From Bacillota bacterium (GTDB lineage Bacteria; Bacillota; Clostridia; Christensenellales; UMGS416), in the NCBI GenBank assembly GCA_023421955.1, contig JAEZSE010000001.1, positions 13,110-77,109 of the forward strand: a stretch of 64,000 nucleotides of DNA. Reading direction: 5' to 3'. Shown one piece after another: positions 49,665 through 60,088 of the stretch (the first letter of the stretch is position 1; every line of letters begins with the position of its first letter). The notes under the pieces are model-generated. The model ran no database searches, was not told where the DNA came from, and was given only the letters and a program-made list of their open reading frames with translations. The position numbers and the translations under genes are program-made.

Positions 49665-50633
49665 ATGTTTATGTTTGGTTCCCGTGAAAAGAGGATGGCG
49701 GCAGCGCTTGCCCCATGGATATTGCTCATGCTCCCACTGGCACTGGCCGGTTGCCAGAGCGCCAGTCTTTCTTCGCCTGCTGGCACTGTGAATGCGCAGG
49801 CGGCTGCCACATTGCCAATCAAACCCTTGCCGGGGTCCTCAAACCCAGTATCAGCCACGGCATCTGCACTGGAGCAAACCGGTGAGGAGAGCAATTTGCC
49901 CCAGACTGCAACCGTGGAGCTGGTGTTGGCCGGGCAATCCATCCACACCGTGGATGTGGTGGACAGAGCCGGCAAGAAGGTGCTGATGGACGCCATCTTC
50001 AACCATCTGATTCGTTCCGCTGCCTGGCCCGGTGACGATCCCGACACCGTCAAAAACAGGATCACAATCCGCGTGCAGTTTGAAAGAGATGATGGGTATC
50101 CCACCGTCTACCATGTGTTCGAGCGGGATGGGCAGCACTGCATGCAGGCGGGGCAGGGCATGTACACCATGATCAACGAAGAGGTGTATGAACCGCTGCG
50201 GGAGCTGGCGATGGGCTATGGCCTGCCCGATACAATGACGGTGCTCTCCGGTAAGCATGAGGTCAGGGCCATGGCTGTGCCGGTGGATTCACTGGGCAGT
50301 GCAAGGGGCGTTACTCCGCAGGTTATGGCAGAGTATGTGCAATATCTGGAGCTTGATCCGGCCCATAGAAAAGAAACAATGACGCCCTTTTCACCCATAG
50401 TGGGTGGTCAAAAAGCTTTTGGCTCGTATACTCTTTATAATGAGCAATTTGAGCAGATGAAGTTCATCATGCCATCGGGGCTGGAGCCGCAGACCTATCT
50501 GTTTCAAAATGCCAAGCCTGGCCGATACATCGTTGTGCTGCAGACCACGGATCCTACGCAATCAGATTCAACAAGAATCACCCGACAATATTTCTTTGGC
50601 GTGATCGTGCCGGAGAATTACTACACGAAATAA
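49665..50633 (+). CDS. Hypothetical lipoprotein
   Basis: Lipobox LALAGC. No recognisable domain. Confidence 0.55.
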   Translation: MFMFGSREKRMAAALAPWILLMLPLALAGCQSASLSSPAGTVNAQAAATLPIKPLPGSSNPVSATASALEQTGEESNLPQTATVELVLAGQSIHTVDVVDRAGKKVLMDAIFNHLIRSAAWPGDDPDTVKNRITIRVQFERDDGYPTVYHVFERDGQHCMQAGQGMYTMINEEVYEPLRELAMGYGLPDTMTVLSGKHEVRAMAVPVDSLGSARGVTPQVMAEYVQYLELDPAHRKETMTPFSPIVGGQKAFGSYTLYNEQFEQMKFIMPSGLEPQTYLFQNAKPGRYIVVLQTTDPTQSDSTRITRQYFFGVIVPENYYTK

Positions 50634-50662
50634 ATACATGACACAATTGGGACAATGGGAAG

Positions 50663-50696
50663 AAAGCCCCGGAAACGCTTAGTTTCCGGGGCTTTT
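50663..50696. terminator. Bidirectional intrinsic terminator
   Basis: AAAGCCCCGGAAAC-gctta-GTTTCCGGGGCTTT between convergent genes. Confidence 0.85.
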
Positions 50697-50723
50697 GGAC
50701 TCGAGTTAGTCATTCCTCACAAG

Positions 50724-51674
50724 CTATCTCGCTGCCGTCTCTACCAAAAAGGCGCCTTCGTTTTTCTCCTCCAGCACCCGGATGCCATGATAGAACATCC
50801 AGCAAAGAGGCGTCTCGACGCCTAGTTCTTCCCCCAATTTGATCATCTTACCGGCGAACATCTCGGTTTCCGTTTTGCGGCCAGCCTCCAGATCCTGTAA
50901 TGTGGAGGGCTTGTTGAAGTAGGGGAGTCGTTTAATCTGCGATTCCTGGCGTTCGATGTCCTCCGCGCCCAGCGCCACGCCCAGTTTGTTGGCGACATGC
51001 ACCACTTCCCACATGGCTTTCCGGCGGATCTCGTTTGCGTGGTCGCTCACACGGTAGGCTCCGAAGGGGATGCCCAGCAGCGCGCAGGTGAGGTTTTCCC
51101 CCACGTTGCACATAAACTTGAACCACATGCCCTTGACCATATCAACATCGATCTCATAAGGAATGCCCGCCGCGTCGAACAGGGCTTTCACGGCCAGTAC
51201 CCGCTCGGTAAGTAACTCATTGCAAGCCTCCCCAAAATGCACCTTGCCGAAGCCTGGGTCAAAATTGGCCACGCCGTCCTTCATCACGATGGAAACGCGC
51301 ATGTAGGAATAGAGCACATGCTCCCAACCATAGGCGGCGGCCAATAGTTCCTCACTGTCAATGCCGTTCATCACACTCAGGATCACCGTGTGCGGCCCCA
51401 CCTGGTTGCGGATGTCTGCAATGGCCTGCTTGAGGCCCGTGTCCTTCACGGCCATGAGGATCAGGTCCGCCGGGTCTCCTTGTTGGTCCGGGGAGATCAC
51501 GCGGAAACGGTGGTTGACGCCATTGGCGGTGACACCCCTGCTTTTCAACCGTTCGCCGCGTTCACCACCGGCCAGCACCCGGAAGTTTTCGCCGCCCAGC
51601 AGCGCCTCCAGCCGGGGCGCGAACCAGATGCCCATGGCCCCCAGGCCGATCAGGGTGACCTTGTTGATTTGCAT
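50724..51674 (-). CDS. panE: 2-dehydropantoate 2-reductase (ketopantoate reductase)
   Basis: KVTLIGLGAMGIWFAPRL Rossmann N-terminus and an ApbA/PanE-type C-terminal domain. Start set at MQINK. Confidence 0.75.
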   Translation of the reverse strand: MQINKVTLIGLGAMGIWFAPRLEALLGGENFRVLAGGERGERLKSRGVTANGVNHRFRVISPDQQGDPADLILMAVKDTGLKQAIADIRNQVGPHTVILSVMNGIDSEELLAAAYGWEHVLYSYMRVSIVMKDGVANFDPGFGKVHFGEACNELLTERVLAVKALFDAAGIPYEIDVDMVKGMWFKFMCNVGENLTCALLGIPFGAYRVSDHANEIRRKAMWEVVHVANKLGVALGAEDIERQESQIKRLPYFNKPSTLQDLEAGRKTETEMFAGKMIKLGEELGVETPLCWMFYHGIRVLEEKNEGAFLVETAAR

Positions 51675-51779
51675 TGCAATGCTCCTTGGAGTGGGGTTGT
51701 TGATGCAGTATAGCATAATGTGCCCGGAAATGACAAAGCACCTCTCATGGAGAGGTGCTTTGAGGGAAACCGGGGCAAC

Positions 51780-52547
51780 TTAGTTATAGATGATCCTGCG
51801 CTCCTCAGCATAATAGTGGGCCTTGCTCGTGCCGCCGAACCATTCATAGGGCACATCCTGATCTGTTTTCCTTGCGGCGAGGTCTTTGGCCCCGGCCAGC
51901 AGCTCATCCAGCAGGCGGGCGTCTGTCAAGCCCTGCGAGCGCCATTGCCAATGGCCAGCGAGAAGATTGTCAAACTCGCCGCGCCTGGCCTCAAGGCGCT
52001 CCAATGATTCCACCAGCTTCGGGATAGGCAGGCTGTCCTCCAGCTGCATCCAGATCATATCCAGCACCCCGTCGCCGGTGAAGAGGATGCGGTCCTCACG
52101 GCTCAAAAGGCATATGCATCCCGGTGTGTGGCCTGGCAAAGCGATGGCCTCCAGCATGATGCCGCCCAGGTCAAACATATCCCCATCGTCAAGACCGGCC
52201 AGCTCGCAGGCCGTAAGGCCCTGGGCATCCATGGCTTTGCGCATGTCCGGATCCTTCAGATCCTCACGAAACATCCATTGATCAAGCTCATTCAGATGCA
52301 CCTTGTCAAAGTAAACATTCCCGGCTGTGTGGTCGCCGTGGCCATGGGTATTCAACACCACAAGGGGGAGGGTTGTGATGGAGCGCACAACCTCGCCGAA
52401 GGATCGGTCCTCCAGCATCATCGTGTCGACCAGGGCGGCGCGGGTGCTGCCCCGCACTACGTAGGACACGCCCCAGCCTTCCATCACGAGGGCTGTGATG
52501 TGGTCATTGACCTGTACAATTTTCAGCTTCTCGGCCATGGTGTTCAT
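51780..52547 (-). CDS. MBL-fold metallo-hydrolase
   Basis: LNTHGHGDHTAGN motif; later GHTPG. Confidence 0.8.
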   Translation of the reverse strand: MNTMAEKLKIVQVNDHITALVMEGWGVSYVVRGSTRAALVDTMMLEDRSFGEVVRSITTLPLVVLNTHGHGDHTAGNVYFDKVHLNELDQWMFREDLKDPDMRKAMDAQGLTACELAGLDDGDMFDLGGIMLEAIALPGHTPGCICLLSREDRILFTGDGVLDMIWMQLEDSLPIPKLVESLERLEARRGEFDNLLAGHWQWRSQGLTDARLLDELLAGAKDLAARKTDQDVPYEWFGGTSKAHYYAEERRIIYN

Positions 52548-52583
52548 CCTTCCTGTTGGTTTATCCTAACCAACGAACCATCA

Positions 52584-54695
52584 TTATGCTTTGTTCAGGA
52601 TTACGGAAAGCCCCTCGAAATCCTCAGCGCCTGAAACAAAGAGCTGGCCATCCGTTATGCGTGCGGCCACGCCGCTGCGTGCGTAACAATCGGCGATTCC
52701 ATAACTGGGGAACTGGCCGACTGTGAACTCCTTGCCGGCCATCTCGCCAAATGTGGTGATCACAACAAGCACCTGCCCGTTGTCTCCCTCGCGGGCCAGC
52801 GCCTGCCAGCCCTTTGGGTGCCGGTAGGAAACCACGGGCTCGCCCAAGCGGCGGGACTTGCCGTCGCGGATGATCGGCGCAGCCTTGTGATAAAAATCCA
52901 CGCCGTCTGACACGATTTTCCACTGCCCGTCGGAGAGGTTGTAAATGTCGCCGGAGAGGCACATGCGCCCCAGCATCGTGTTGTTGATGGAGTAATGGAG
53001 TCTTCGGTCGGAGTCGGTGCCGTGCAGCACCGCCCAGATCTGGCTCTGTGCCGGCAGGATCGCCCGGTGCACATTGGCCGCGATGATCGGAATTTCGTTG
53101 CACTCATGGGCGTCCGAGAAGGATGCCATCGACACCAGCGACATCATCGTGGGCTCCAGCCTGTGCCCGCCGGAGGAGCAGTTTTCAATCACCAGGTTTG
53201 GCAACTCCCGCCGGATCTTGCGGAAGAAGCCCACCGAGCCAAGCACCGTCTGCCGAAGGCCTTCGCCCAGGGATTCCGCGCCGTCGCAGCCCACGCCGAT
53301 GTTATCGTTGTAGTCCACCTTGAGGTAGCCGAAGCCGCCCTCACGTAGTGTGCCGATCACCTTCTCCGTCAGGTATTCGATCACCTTGGGCTGGCGCATG
53401 TCCCAGAATTTGCGCTCCCCGTTGGTCAACACCGCCCCATTGCGCTTCAGCTGCATGTCCGCCTGGTGCCATGCGTCGTCGGGGTGGGGGGCCGCTGCGT
53501 CGTTGCCGATGTTTTCCATCTCAAACCATAGCCCAGGGATCATGCCGCACTCCCTGATTTTGTCGCAGACATAGCGCAGGCCGTGGGGGAAAAGCTCCGG
53601 GTTCACCGCCCAGTCGCCAATGCCGCCGGTCCAGTCGCCCGGTTTGTTTGTATACCAGCCGGCATCGATCACCAGGTATCGAAAGCCCCTGTCTTTGAGC
53701 TTTTCAGCGATTTTCAGGATGTTTTCCTCGCTGGGCTGCCCCCAGGTCGTGCAGTATTCGTTGAACAGCACTGGCATGTCCTTTTCCACGGGCGGGATTG
53801 CCTCCAGCACCGGCCTTTGGGAGTCCACAAGGCTTGCAGACACATCGTCGATGTCTCCGATACAAGCAGTCAAGACTGCCGGCACTGTTTCAAAGGCCTG
53901 GCCCGGTGCAATTGTCTTGCGGAAATGGCCGAACTCGTAATCGGCGATGCCGCCGCACAGGTCATAACGGCTTTTGCGGTTAAAAACCTCGATCTGCCAG
54001 GAAGACGGGCTCCAAAGCTGCACGCCGAGGAAATTGCCATACTTCCTGTCTTCCAGCACGCACCAGGGGAAGAAGCCCCGCACCGGCATGCTGCCCACCT
54101 GGCCGAAACGGATGGACTGGGATCCGAAGTTGGCCCAGGAGGGTTCCAATTGCAGATCGGCGAATTCCTCGCTGGTCAGCCGCCCCTCTGAGCTCCACTT
54201 GCTGCGCAGGCGGTGCAGCACCAGGTCTTCCACACGGTTGTCCTTTTCCTGCATCGGAAAGCCGCAGAGTGCGAAAGAGGTGAGCATCTCAAACGTCACC
54301 GGATCGCTGGAGATGTTTTCGAGCGCCGTGCTGGAGCGAGCAAACGGCTGCTCCGGATGAAAGGTGAGGCGATGACGCGCCCGCACGCGGCTGCTTTCAT
54401 AGACGGTCTCCACAGTGGTCATGCCGTCCGCCGTGGTGGAGACGTCTTGCTTGATAAACTGCAGCTCCGCGGTGCTTTGCCCGTAGAGCATCGTGTGCCC
54501 ATGGGAAAAGCCGCCAGGAAATTTGTCACCTGCCAGGTGCAGCTGCACGCAGGGGGAGAGATCCCACCGGCCATCCAGCTCGATGGAGGCGTATCGTTCT
54601 TCCGGCACGAGCGCCAGGCCCACGGTGCCGCCGTCCTCCGTGAGATAGACGGCGCGCATGCCTTTCAGGGGGAACTCGCTGTAGATTTTCTTCAT
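52584..54695 (-). CDS. Alpha-galactosidase (GH36)
   Basis: YLVIDAGWY, GYLKVDYN, ENCSSGGHRLE. Start set at MKKIYSEF. Confidence 0.85.
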   Translation of the reverse strand: MKKIYSEFPLKGMRAVYLTEDGGTVGLALVPEERYASIELDGRWDLSPCVQLHLAGDKFPGGFSHGHTMLYGQSTAELQFIKQDVSTTADGMTTVETVYESSRVRARHRLTFHPEQPFARSSTALENISSDPVTFEMLTSFALCGFPMQEKDNRVEDLVLHRLRSKWSSEGRLTSEEFADLQLEPSWANFGSQSIRFGQVGSMPVRGFFPWCVLEDRKYGNFLGVQLWSPSSWQIEVFNRKSRYDLCGGIADYEFGHFRKTIAPGQAFETVPAVLTACIGDIDDVSASLVDSQRPVLEAIPPVEKDMPVLFNEYCTTWGQPSEENILKIAEKLKDRGFRYLVIDAGWYTNKPGDWTGGIGDWAVNPELFPHGLRYVCDKIRECGMIPGLWFEMENIGNDAAAPHPDDAWHQADMQLKRNGAVLTNGERKFWDMRQPKVIEYLTEKVIGTLREGGFGYLKVDYNDNIGVGCDGAESLGEGLRQTVLGSVGFFRKIRRELPNLVIENCSSGGHRLEPTMMSLVSMASFSDAHECNEIPIIAANVHRAILPAQSQIWAVLHGTDSDRRLHYSINNTMLGRMCLSGDIYNLSDGQWKIVSDGVDFYHKAAPIIRDGKSRRLGEPVVSYRHPKGWQALAREGDNGQVLVVITTFGEMAGKEFTVGQFPSYGIADCYARSGVAARITDGQLFVSGAEDFEGLSVILNKA

Positions 54696-54741
54696 TACTG
54701 TTGTGCGAAAACAGGGGCTGTTTTCGCTCTCCTTTCCAAGT

Positions 54742-56562
54742 TCAGTGCACAATCACCGTTGTGCTCACCTTTGCCAGGTGAGGATCCAGATCGCGTTCGG
54801 AGGAAAGATTGAAGACGGGCTCTCCGCAGATGTTGAAATGCACCCGCCGGATCGCCGTGCAACGAGGCGTGCCGGTGAGGGCCTCCTGCGCGTGATACGA
54901 GATCATCAGGTTGCCGTGGGCATCCCGGAAGAAGGCGTTGTGCCCCGGCCCATATTCACCCTCCACGGAGTAGTGGCTCATCAGCGGCGCGGGGCTCTTC
55001 GCCCAGCAGGCGGGATTCATGAGGTCGCTGCCAATTGTGGCAGTGAGAAGCCCGACCGCATAGGTGTAGCCGCCGGCTGCTCCGCCGGAAATCGCCAGGA
55101 AGACCTTTTCGCCGGTCACAATGGCATAGGGACCTTCGTTGTTGATCGTGCCCTGCACATTCTCCCAGCCATAAAGTGGCCGCGACAGAAGCACCGGCTC
55201 GCTTGTGAGCCGCCAGGGTTCCTCTTCGTTGATTGTGGCGATGAAGAGCATCGAGCCGGTGTCCTGCGGGGTGAAGATGTGTTCACGGTAGGACCACACC
55301 AGATAGGATGCGCCGCCGGCTTTGAAATAGGTCATGTCCAGCGTGATACCATCGGTTGCCAGATAGGCTTCGTCTTGCTTCATCACGCGCACCGGGGCTT
55401 CCCAGCTGCCGAGGTCTGTGACGCTGCCACCCGGTTTGAGGCGCATCATGTGCGACTGCGGCCCCCAGCCCTCTCTCGCCAGTGCGCATAGGATATAAAG
55501 CGACCCACCGATCACATGGAACTCCGGCGCCCAGAAGCACCGGGTGAATATACTTTTACCGAGGATCAGGTGCTCTTCAATACCGGGGGCAAACAGGCCC
55601 ATCGGCGTGTCCGCCTCACGCACATAGAACCCTACGGCATCGGTGTTGTCGTTGGTGGCGATAAAATAGTACTTGCCGTTCCAAGCCAGCAAGTCCGGAT
55701 CGGCATATCCTTTGGCCAGAGGGAAGGGATATGCATCCTGCACCACCTTGCCGCAGACATTGTAAGCGCCGGGCTTGCCAAAGCCGATAGCACCGGCATC
55801 CCACAGCACTGGCTTCTGTGCCGTGGAGCCGTCGGAATAGAGCGCGGTGGCCTGCACTGCGTTCAGTTCAGACAGGGATTGGGCCTCGACGGTTTCCGGC
55901 ACCTGCACCGCCACATTGCGCAGCGGCATCCACTTTGCTGCAAGCCTGTCGCAGAAGTCGCTGCCCACCGAAAGGATGTTGCCGTTGATAGCACCCTCTG
56001 GGCCGGTTGCTTGCGCCGTGCCCGGCATGCTGCCTGCCATTCGAGCCGGAGACATGCTGTCATTGCCACCAAGGCCGGTTAATGTATTTTGATACACGTT
56101 CCCTTTGGTGTCGCGCCAGGTCATCAGGTATTCTTTTGCGCCTGCGTCATAAGCACAGGCCACCTCGGTCACATGGGTATCACAGCCCAAGTCCACCAGC
56201 CCGATTTCGCGGAACGTCTGCAAATCATCGCTGGTCCAGAGAAGGATATTCCCCCGGCTTTCCTCATCGGGGCTGCCGTCTCCGTTCACGCGCACCGCCA
56301 CCATTGCAAAGCCGCTATCAGCTGTTCGGAAAAGCCAGGGAGACCGCAGCGCCTTCAAATGGATCGTGTTGTCATTGCCGATTGGGGAGGCAGCAAACAG
56401 GATGCCGTAGTTCTGGTTCAGCGCCTCAAACTGCCCGCCCGGTCTGCGGATGGCGAAGTGGGCACTGCAGGCCAGATGGGTGGGGTAATCCTCCTCCCTC
56501 GGCTCGCGGGTGTAGATCAGGATTTCCGCCATTTGAGAGGTGACTCCGTTTAGCATGCGCAT
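54742..56562 (-). CDS. GH43-family glycoside hydrolase with N-terminal accessory domain
   Basis: GYADPDLLAWNGKYYFIATND, FWAPEFHVIGGSLYI, NNEGPYAIVTGEKVFL. Confidence 0.8.
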   Translation of the reverse strand: MRMLNGVTSQMAEILIYTREPREEDYPTHLACSAHFAIRRPGGQFEALNQNYGILFAASPIGNDNTIHLKALRSPWLFRTADSGFAMVAVRVNGDGSPDEESRGNILLWTSDDLQTFREIGLVDLGCDTHVTEVACAYDAGAKEYLMTWRDTKGNVYQNTLTGLGGNDSMSPARMAGSMPGTAQATGPEGAINGNILSVGSDFCDRLAAKWMPLRNVAVQVPETVEAQSLSELNAVQATALYSDGSTAQKPVLWDAGAIGFGKPGAYNVCGKVVQDAYPFPLAKGYADPDLLAWNGKYYFIATNDNTDAVGFYVREADTPMGLFAPGIEEHLILGKSIFTRCFWAPEFHVIGGSLYILCALAREGWGPQSHMMRLKPGGSVTDLGSWEAPVRVMKQDEAYLATDGITLDMTYFKAGGASYLVWSYREHIFTPQDTGSMLFIATINEEEPWRLTSEPVLLSRPLYGWENVQGTINNEGPYAIVTGEKVFLAISGGAAGGYTYAVGLLTATIGSDLMNPACWAKSPAPLMSHYSVEGEYGPGHNAFFRDAHGNLMISYHAQEALTGTPRCTAIRRVHFNICGEPVFNLSSERDLDPHLAKVSTTVIVH

Positions 56563-56583
56563 GTTCTCCTTTGGGGGTTTATT

Positions 56584-58275
56584 CTATGGCTTGCTTGCTT
56601 CAATTCGAACATCCATCCGGCAAGGGTTTTCCAATTGCGCGCCGTCTGCAGATAATATGGTCGGGCTCAGTAGCAGCGACACCGCACCCTCATCTACCAG
56701 GCATGTCTTGGGCCGCACCGTGAGCAACGTGCCGGTGGTATCCAGCAGGAAGTGCAGCGGGATGGCCTGACCGTCTTGCCCGACCAGATAGACCAGATTG
56801 TTCCAGTTGGTTGCCGGATCCATTTGTTTTAAAAACCTGACCTTGAAGCAGAAGGAACTGCCACGGGGGGTGGAAGCTTCCGGCAGTGTTTTGAGGCTGG
56901 GCGCGCTCAACACCCCTACCGCTTCTGGCAACAGTTCGATTGAGCCTGTAACGGGCTTTTCATCCTGATTGTATTGATAAATGAGCTTCGCCTTTTCCAG
57001 CTTGATCTGGCTCACCATTGCGTCGTGAAATAGCTGCACCGGTTTGGCATCCTTACCGGCCTGGTAAAGATAGCCGTCATTGGAATCCACATAATAGAGG
57101 TTGCCGTTGAAAAACTCCATTTGGAAAGCGTAAACGCCGGGAAGGATGGTTTGGCGGCCTGTGCAGTCCAGGTTCATGCGTTCAATGCCGTTGTTACCGG
57201 CAAAATATACCGATTGGCCTTCCAAATCCAGTGCGTAACTCCAACCAGTCTTGGCATAGGTGTTGTAGCTTGCGTCGGTGCAGGGCGGAGGCGGCACAAT
57301 GTTCACGACATTGCCGTTCATAGTGAAGCCGCCAGACATCAGGCCGCCATCCTTCAGGCTCGTGACCCGGGCTGCATCGTCCATGAGCATGGTCCTCAGC
57401 GTGTTCACTGTGTCACCGGCGTTCCCGGCGCCCCAGGTTGTGTCGCTGTGATACCACTTGCCGTTGATCTTCACGATGTTCCAGGCATGGGGCTCGTTGC
57501 TCACACACTCGGCCTCCACGCCGCTCTGGTTCAACAGATAGCGCATCAGCATTGCGTAGCCTGAGCAGATGCCCTCGCCCCGGGTGACGATGCTGTAGGG
57601 CGACCAGGTTTTCACATCATCAATGTTGGCCGTGTAGTTGGACATCCGGCAGACAGCGTCATAAAGCGCCGCCAGCTTTTGCAGGTCATTGTAGTCTTCC
57701 GGGGCTACATCATGGATCAGGTGGCCCAGGCGGGCATGAAAGGTCTCCGTGTCGTGCAGGATATGCGCCCTGTCACCGGTATAGGTAAAAGTAGCCTTCT
57801 TGCCGTTTTTGCTCACCTTGGAATCCTTGAGATAGAAAAGCAGAAAGTTGGTGTCCAGGGTAAAGATCAGGTTGTTCATCCTAAGGCGCGAGTATTTGAA
57901 TGAGGAGGTGTCCAGCTCTGGCTCGAGGTTTTGGACCGCATGAAAAACCTGGTTGTATTTATCCCGGTCCACATAGTCGGGGTTCAGCAAACAAAGGCCC
58001 AGCAGGCTGTGCGGGTCTGTGGTGTCCACCTGCAGCACCTCCGGGTCGGCGGCAACTTCGATGCCCTCCACAGCAAGCGGGGGCACCGGGGTGGGTGTTG
58101 GAGCCGGTGTGGGGCTCGCGGTGGCTTCTCGCGTGGCGGTGGAGGGCGGATGCACTGTTGTTCGTTGGGATGGAGACGGTGTTGCGGTCTGGTTTCCGCC
58201 GCATCCGGCTAGAAATGCCGCCACCAACAGGAGTGCATATAAGGCGTGAAAGTTATGACGAGCTTCCTTTTTCAC
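56584..58275 (-). CDS. Lipoprotein with transglutaminase-like core and DUF5050-like repeats
   Basis: Lipobox LAGC. GEGICSGYAMLMRYLL..EPHAWNIVKINGKWYHSDTTW gives the Cys-His-Asp core. NLYYVDSNDGYLYQ. Confidence 0.75.
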   Translation of the reverse strand: MKKEARHNFHALYALLLVAAFLAGCGGNQTATPSPSQRTTVHPPSTATREATASPTPAPTPTPVPPLAVEGIEVAADPEVLQVDTTDPHSLLGLCLLNPDYVDRDKYNQVFHAVQNLEPELDTSSFKYSRLRMNNLIFTLDTNFLLFYLKDSKVSKNGKKATFTYTGDRAHILHDTETFHARLGHLIHDVAPEDYNDLQKLAALYDAVCRMSNYTANIDDVKTWSPYSIVTRGEGICSGYAMLMRYLLNQSGVEAECVSNEPHAWNIVKINGKWYHSDTTWGAGNAGDTVNTLRTMLMDDAARVTSLKDGGLMSGGFTMNGNVVNIVPPPPCTDASYNTYAKTGWSYALDLEGQSVYFAGNNGIERMNLDCTGRQTILPGVYAFQMEFFNGNLYYVDSNDGYLYQAGKDAKPVQLFHDAMVSQIKLEKAKLIYQYNQDEKPVTGSIELLPEAVGVLSAPSLKTLPEASTPRGSSFCFKVRFLKQMDPATNWNNLVYLVGQDGQAIPLHFLLDTTGTLLTVRPKTCLVDEGAVSLLLSPTILSADGAQLENPCRMDVRIEASKP

Positions 58276-58496
58276 GAACTGCCTCCTGCATTTTTGCTTT
58301 GTCTGATTGGAATGCCAATGAATCTGTTGACAGTTTCGGCCCCGGTTGATTATATCTCAAATTCTGCCACGTCAAAAGACCCGAAAGTCATTCTCCCCGT
58401 GCTGAAACGATAGTCTCATGTGCCTGCCATCACAGAACAGTGGTTTTGTTTGATGGATACTGTTTAATATGCAAATTCGGCAAGCATAAAGCAATG

Positions 58497-58524
58497 TTCA
58501 CACCGGCTGCTCATCTGCTATAAT
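58497..58524 (+). promoter_or_regulatory. Candidate SigA promoter of the DUF4364 operon
   Basis: TTCACA, 16 nt, TATAAT, about 15 nt upstream of the GGGGA RBS and ATG. Confidence 0.5.
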
Positions 58525-58539
58525 TGGCGTGCAAAGGGG

Positions 58540-59094
58540 ATGGACATGAAGTACAAGCTGAAAACCGAGCTGGCTGTGAATAAGTTGATCCTGCTTTATC
58601 TGGCCTCCCGGATGCCCCAAGGGCTTGGTCACGATGATTTCGTGCTCTTCAACGACGAAGGTGACTGGATGCTCTATTTTGACATGGAGCAATACCTGCT
58701 GGAGCTCGTGGAAGGCGGGCTGCTCTCCGTGCGGGTGCAGACGGACCAAAAGTTTTATGCCGTAACGGCAGAGGGCTTGAATGTACTTGGCCTGCTTAAG
58801 AGCAAGATCCCCCTTTCGATCCGCAGCTTCATCGGTGAGAAGATGGCCGAGCGGCGTTTAGATCTGGAGCGAGACCAGGAGATTACCGCCAGCTATGTGC
58901 AGGACTCTGCCGTTGAATTCCCAGTCATGCTTCGCATCTTTGAGAACAACCTGCCATTGCTGGAATTGAACCTGACCGCACCCAGCGCCGAAGCCGCAGA
59001 GTTGGTGTGCCGCCGTTTCAAGCGCGATGGTGCCGATATTTATGCCTCTCTCATTGAGCGGCTGACCCAAGACGAAGACAAGGAGACCTCCTGA
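58540..59094 (+). CDS. DUF4364-family protein (putative wHTH regulator)
   Basis: ELAVNKLILLYLASRM...MLYFDMEQYLLELVEGGLL. Confidence 0.7.
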   Translation: MDMKYKLKTELAVNKLILLYLASRMPQGLGHDDFVLFNDEGDWMLYFDMEQYLLELVEGGLLSVRVQTDQKFYAVTAEGLNVLGLLKSKIPLSIRSFIGEKMAERRLDLERDQEITASYVQDSAVEFPVMLRIFENNLPLLELNLTAPSAEAAELVCRRFKRDGADIYASLIERLTQDEDKETS

Positions 59095-59097
59095 CCA

Positions 59098-59346
59098 ATG
59101 GCAACATTCATCCCCGAAGGCGTCTGCTCCTCCGAAATTGTGTTTGAAGTGGAGGGGGGCATTGTGACCAAATGCCGCTTCACCGACGGCTGCGACGGCA
59201 ATCTGGAGGGCATGGCCCGCTTGGTTGTGAATCGCCCGGTGGAGGAAGTGATCCTGCTGCTGGAGGGCATCCAGTGCCGCAACGGCACCTCCTGCCCGGA
59301 CCAGCTGGCGCAGGCATTGAAGCAATATCTCACAGATCACGCATAA
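59098..59346 (+). CDS. TIGR03905-family TSCPD-domain protein
   Basis: FTDGCDGNLEGMARL...GIQCRNGTSCPDQLAQAL. Confidence 0.75.
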   Translation: MATFIPEGVCSSEIVFEVEGGIVTKCRFTDGCDGNLEGMARLVVNRPVEEVILLLEGIQCRNGTSCPDQLAQALKQYLTDHA

Positions 59347-59359
59347 AACTGGAGCTAAC

Positions 59360-60088
59360 ATGCGAAAAACAGTGTTCTGGGATTTTGATGGCACGCTGGT
59401 CAGGAGCCAGAGCCTGTGGACCGGTTCGGTGTACAAGGCATTGGCGGATGCAATCTCCGATTGCCCGTGGACGATTGAGGATGTGCGCCCCCACATGCAA
59501 TCCGGTTTTCCGTGGCATTGCCCGGAGCGTGATTATTCCCACCTGGTCTCCGGCACCTGCTGGTGGGATCATATGACAGAGCACTTTTCAAGGATTTATC
59601 GCACGTTGGGCGTGCAGGCCGATCATGCTGATGCAGTTGCCGCCACGATTCGGACAAAGGTGTTGAACCCTGACAATTATGAGCTGTATCCGGATGCCGT
59701 ACAGGCGCTGCAAGCCTGCCTTGATGACGGATGGCAGAACCATATCCTTTCAAACAATTATCCTGAGTTGAACTCTGTGATGGAAAGTCTTGGGATCGCC
59801 AAGTATTTCAGTGGTATTACAGTCTCCGCGCTGGTCGGTGTGGAAAAGCCGCGACCTGAGATTTTTGAGGCAGCCCGCGCCGCAGCTGGGAATCCCAGTC
59901 TTTGTGTAATGGCGGGTGACAACCCCGTGGCAGACATCGCCGGAGCAACCGCCGCCGGCATGCGGGCAATCCTGGTGCACGGAAGGGTATGCCAAGGATT
60001 AATCATACTACCGATTGAGCTGTGTGAAGTGCCTTCGATGCTGCATTGTATCAACAAAGGGCAAGGTGAAACAAATGGTGCATATTGA
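59360..60088 (+). CDS. HAD-family hydrolase
   Basis: VFWDFDGTLV motif I, ILSNN, GDNPVADI. Confidence 0.8.
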   Translation: MRKTVFWDFDGTLVRSQSLWTGSVYKALADAISDCPWTIEDVRPHMQSGFPWHCPERDYSHLVSGTCWWDHMTEHFSRIYRTLGVQADHADAVAATIRTKVLNPDNYELYPDAVQALQACLDDGWQNHILSNNYPELNSVMESLGIAKYFSGITVSALVGVEKPRPEIFEAARAAAGNPSLCVMAGDNPVADIAGATAAGMRAILVHGRVCQGLIILPIELCEVPSMLHCINKGQGETNGAY

